Of a DNA stretch of 64,000 bases, positions 60,526-64,000 are shown piece by piece. The notes under the pieces are model-generated. The model saw only the letters and a program-made list of their open reading frames with translations. It had not been told where the DNA came from and did no database searches. A program made the position numbers and the translations under genes. This stretch comes from Candidatus Dojkabacteria bacterium. GTDB taxonomy: Bacteria; Patescibacteriota; Dojkabacteria; B142; OLB20. The stretch spans positions 59,987-123,986 of the forward strand of contig DAOMOX010000001.1 in assembly GCA_035444565.1 (NCBI GenBank), read 5' to 3'. How positions within the stretch are numbered: position 1 is the first letter of the stretch; each line of letters begins with the position of its first letter.

Positions 60526-63500
60526 GTGAGACTCATTACAAACTATGGAGGGGAATACTCCCCTCCCTTTTTTGCACCAAGTAATTCAGTGCAATTAGAC
60601 TTAAAATATGCCGACCTACACTCCTATATAACTGGAGTAGTCAATGTTGTTGAAAATAATAGCAGTAACCAAAGGGAAAAATTAGGTCTAGGTTCGATTT
60701 GGGGGAATAAATCTTCTCTTCGAGATTTTGATTTATCTAATAATCAAGTAGGATTACGAGGGAGTTATAAATTAGGTAAGAACTTAGACTCTGATGAATC
60801 TGATACTGGATTGTTACCATACTATCAGAAAGATGGAAGGTTAGACGCTTTTCCTGGTCAAAAACCCACCCATAAAGGAGCGAGATATTATATTTCTGTA
60901 GACTCAAGTGTTCCCACACAGTGGAAGTTAGAAGTCATAAAAGAAGATGTTAATGATGCAATAGCGCAACTTTCAGAAGGATATGAAGATGAAAACTATC
61001 TACAATATCTCGGAGTGATTGACCATTTACGTAACCATATAAGCACTTTATATCATTCATACACATATAAGGATAGGTATGAATTAACTGAAAATGCAGA
61101 GTACGTAGAAAGGAGAGAGAGGATTTTCAATTCTATGGTTAATATTACCCAGGAGTACTATTTAACTTTGCTTGGCCATAAGTCAGGAGTTGAAATTAAT
61201 TCAGCAGAAATACTTTCTATTGTTGATGATACTACAAACGATTTATTGGGACGAGATGATGTGGTTTTCAAGATGCCAGAAATTGAAAACTCTCTGAAAG
61301 TACTAGCATTTGCAGACTTGGTTACAGACAAGCATCCTGAAATTGATGTGGTTGTTGGTGCTCCATCGGGAGGAAGCGAAACTGCAATAGTTACAGATCT
61401 CCTATATAAAATTAAAAATCCCAATAGAGAAAGACAATTGGAGTTACTTCCAATTTCTACACACTCTGCATCAGTTAAGAGGGATGACGAAGAAACCACC
61501 AAAGACGACATTGAAGATTACATAAAATCAAATGGGATTGAATTCCAAGGAAAGAAAGTATTATTTGTCGACGACAACAGCAATACTGGACGTACTTTGG
61601 CACTTGCAGAAAATATAATTATTAATTCAGGTGCAGAAAATGTTATTTGTAGAGTAGTAGAGGCAGATCCGATAAGAATTCAATTAAAGTCAAGTCCAGA
61701 CAACGTTCAACTTGTGCCTAATCCGATGGTGAACGAATGTTCAGTTGGGTTTGTACCTATAACGAGAGGTGCGGGTCTACTATCTCCAGATCGTCAAATG
61801 CTTAAAATAGAAAGACAGGGTGTCCTACGCAGAAATTATAATAGAACTACAAATGCGGAAGATTCTCCAATGGAGCGAGATGAGGTGGATTCGAAAACTC
61901 AGGAAAGTAGAACGGAAGCAGAAATAAAAGTATGTGGAGTTCACAACATCTATGATGCCCAAGCATGTTTGCTCTCTGGGGTTAGAAATTTCGGAATACA
62001 TTTAACTTACACCCCAGAAGAGTACAAGAGAAAAGCACTAGGAATCGATGATCCGAGAGTAGCTATAAAGATGAATAAAGTACACGATTTTTACAGTGAC
62101 CGGGATTTACCCTTACCATGGCTCGAATTAAATCCTATAAGAGACATGATAGATTATCTTGACGAAAGTGAAATAGAAACTAACCTATTCCTACTGATGA
62201 GACCTAAAAGTTCAGACGAAGCTATAAGAATATTAAGAAGAGTTATTCCAAGTGGAAGTCAGCAAAAAGTAACCCTCCAGTTACAAGGTGATTATGATGC
62301 CGAATTGGTCAATTCCATCAGGGAAGAATTAAAAGCTGGATTTGAAAATGAAATTTCAATCGTACAGATGGTTGCCCTGGATGAAGATGATTTAGATCGA
62401 AAAATTTTTGAATTGAATTCTGATACAAATGTGGATGCGGTTCTAGTTGATTCAAAGAAAAAAGGTGGAACTGGGGAGCAAGGGGATATCGAACAACTAG
62501 TAAGAGTTCTAGGAGGAATCTCAAAGAGAAAATATTTGGCTGGAGGGCTTTCTAGTTCAAATATAAATCAAACGTTAGAAATACTGAGGAATAACGGAAT
62601 CCAAGTTGAGGGATTGGACTTAGAGTCGTCTGTTGAATTTGACGAAACCATGATAAAAGTTAAATCGGATGGAAGTATAGTAAAAAGACGTAAAGATCCT
62701 GAGAAAATATCACGATTTGTTGATGAAGTTGAATTAATTGAATATATGGAAATCACAATTCAAGACACCCAATTCAAAACGGTTTTAAATCAAGCTTGGG
62801 AATTTGCTAAAAACGAAACTGGTTATTTCAATCTTGATGCAGCAGCAGAAGGATTTTGGATCTATGCTTCCCAGGAGGGTTTACTAACCGACATTGCATT
62901 ATCGAATAAGACTGCATTCATCAATCAATTTAGAATCGCCGCTTCTACATACCCTGCTATACCAGGAATCGTGCGCGAGAAGTTAAGCAGAGATGAAGAA
63001 AGTGATGCTTTTCAGGAGAAAAAGCCTCAAGCATGGCTGAATGCTGGTGTTGGAAACTTTCTTAGTCAAATCGCTAATGCTGGTGATGTTTCATCAATAA
63101 TTTGGACTGCTGGTGATTCTGTAGTTGAGGACTACCCAAGGATAGGTAATTACGCAATGACCGAAGAACAACGACTTCGTTACGAATTATCTGGTTTGGA
63201 GAGACTTTCGAATCAAATATTTGCCGAACATACAGGCATAGAATTTATAGCACATCCTGACAAGCTGGGCGTTGTCGGAAAAAGAATCGAGGAGTGGAGC
63301 CAACACGGAACGATATATGTAATGGATAACGACTTGGAGAATCTCAGAAGGTTTAATGAAATTTGTAACAAACATGGCGTAACGAATGTACAGATAATAC
63401 ACATTGATGGTCCTTTAGATGGATATTCTGATAGAATCACAAATTTGGTACCTGGAGATCTAGTTATCATGGATATGGACGACGTTTTACTAAATGGCGA

Positions 63501-63570
63501 GTTCAGGAAATTCCACCAGCCCAGAAATATATTGAAACACTTAACCGATTTGGGCTACTACCATGAATGA
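60526..63570 (+). CDS. Multidomain protein fusing a type I phosphoribosyltransferase domain and a TrpF-like phosphoribosylanthranilate-isomerase domain, with unknown N- and C-terminal regions
   Basis: PRTase 'GKKVLFVDDNSNTGRTLALAE', preceded by 'VVVGAPSGGSETAIVT'. TrpF-like 'EIKVCGVHNIYDAQACLLSGVRNFGIHLTY' and 'VLVDSKKKGGTGEQGDIEQL...KYLAGGLSSSNINQTLE'. Confidence 0.6.
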   Translation: MRLITNYGGEYSPPFFAPSNSVQLDLKYADLHSYITGVVNVVENNSSNQREKLGLGSIWGNKSSLRDFDLSNNQVGLRGSYKLGKNLDSDESDTGLLPYYQKDGRLDAFPGQKPTHKGARYYISVDSSVPTQWKLEVIKEDVNDAIAQLSEGYEDENYLQYLGVIDHLRNHISTLYHSYTYKDRYELTENAEYVERRERIFNSMVNITQEYYLTLLGHKSGVEINSAEILSIVDDTTNDLLGRDDVVFKMPEIENSLKVLAFADLVTDKHPEIDVVVGAPSGGSETAIVTDLLYKIKNPNRERQLELLPISTHSASVKRDDEETTKDDIEDYIKSNGIEFQGKKVLFVDDNSNTGRTLALAENIIINSGAENVICRVVEADPIRIQLKSSPDNVQLVPNPMVNECSVGFVPITRGAGLLSPDRQMLKIERQGVLRRNYNRTTNAEDSPMERDEVDSKTQESRTEAEIKVCGVHNIYDAQACLLSGVRNFGIHLTYTPEEYKRKALGIDDPRVAIKMNKVHDFYSDRDLPLPWLELNPIRDMIDYLDESEIETNLFLLMRPKSSDEAIRILRRVIPSGSQQKVTLQLQGDYDAELVNSIREELKAGFENEISIVQMVALDEDDLDRKIFELNSDTNVDAVLVDSKKKGGTGEQGDIEQLVRVLGGISKRKYLAGGLSSSNINQTLEILRNNGIQVEGLDLESSVEFDETMIKVKSDGSIVKRRKDPEKISRFVDEVELIEYMEITIQDTQFKTVLNQAWEFAKNETGYFNLDAAAEGFWIYASQEGLLTDIALSNKTAFINQFRIAASTYPAIPGIVREKLSRDEESDAFQEKKPQAWLNAGVGNFLSQIANAGDVSSIIWTAGDSVVEDYPRIGNYAMTEEQRLRYELSGLERLSNQIFAEHTGIEFIAHPDKLGVVGKRIEEWSQHGTIYVMDNDLENLRRFNEICNKHGVTNVQIIHIDGPLDGYSDRITNLVPGDLVIMDMDDVLLNGEFRKFHQPRNILKHLTDLGYYHE

Positions 63571-64000
63571 ACTTATAAGTTATTTCGGTCCCAAGCATAT
63601 GCCCGAAGTTGTTAAAGATAGTTACAATGTTGCCTATTTACAACCGGGAGATACATACTCTCTGGAGGAATTTGAAGGTAGAAGAGTGAACGTTTTAGAA
63701 ACTCCATCTTTTGCTCTACCTGATGCATTATTACTTAGAATTGCGGGTTTGTTGTTATATCCCGGTAGACATCCTCAAAATCATCATGATTTGGATGTAC
63801 TATCAAACGAGGGAATTCGTACTGCTTATTTTGAAGATGATACACCCTGGAATCGAGCAGTAGTAAACTATTTATTAAAAGCTGTTGGTAGTTTTCTTGC
63901 TGGAGACCTTCAAACTTTTGCTAATTTTAAGACAAGGAAGGATATAAAATTAAGAGAGAATAATTCCGATTTGAAAATCGGTGTGATTGGGACCGGTAGC
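63563..64000 (+). CDS. hypothetical protein, 3'-truncated by the window end
   Basis: Open frame 'MNELISYFGPKHMPEVVKDSYNVAYLQPGD...' with an ATGAATGA overlap onto the previous stop. Runs off the window. Confidence 0.4.
   Translation, partial: MNELISYFGPKHMPEVVKDSYNVAYLQPGDTYSLEEFEGRRVNVLETPSFALPDALLLRIAGLLLYPGRHPQNHHDLDVLSNEGIRTAYFEDDTPWNRAVVNYLLKAVGSFLAGDLQTFANFKTRKDIKLRENNSDLKIGVIGTGS

Overview
This is an AT-rich (~35-40% GC) bacterial chromosomal segment translated with the standard code. Three parts can be distinguished.

1. Host region (1-13.2 kb). It holds a cupin gene, a large secreted ELWxxDGT-repeat surface protein whose signal peptide lies in a different reading frame, and a complete minus-strand F-type ATP synthase operon (a, c, b, alpha, gamma, beta, epsilon). 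The operon has no delta-subunit gene and its b subunit is only 120 aa. Several small hypothetical genes follow. An unusual intergenic stretch carries a duplicated promoter-like element, palindromes, a 5' fragment of tRNA-His, a small YhbQ-type GIY-YIG gene and an intact tRNA-His with encoded G-1.

2. Prophage (about 13.2-58.9 kb, ~45 kb, podovirus-like). A large serine recombinase abuts the tRNA. A lysis cassette and RusA follow. The large terminase subunit carries a 324-aa LAGLIDADG intein. A plus-strand receptor-binding module includes a 1039-aa protein with about 40 tandem 15-aa repeats and a 707-aa protein built as A-B-A-B. The minus-strand morphogenesis block runs small terminase, portal, scaffold, capsid and tail proteins. 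It also contains a 2277-aa polyvalent protein with ParB-nuclease, zeta-toxin-like P-loop and HExxH peptidase modules. The replication and early region has a replisome organizer with embedded iterons, RecT, YopX and a regulator. A conserved promoter-like motif, TTGAC(A/T)-N16-17-TAATACTCC(G)CCC, sits upstream of four late genes.

3. Island at the right end of the prophage. Related boundary sequence elements (cgagtcc-like blocks), including a 78-bp direct-repeat pair, flank a 5.3-kb island. The island encodes a tight four-gene minus-strand operon (unknown protein, CYTH domain, APH/ChoK-like kinase, unknown protein) and a membrane NERD nuclease. This is the most likely candidate for an undescribed accessory or defence system.

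Beyond the island lie an NPPY methyltransferase and a 1014-aa protein that fuses a type I phosphoribosyltransferase to a TrpF-like isomerase.

No CRISPR array, rRNA or alternative genetic code was found.
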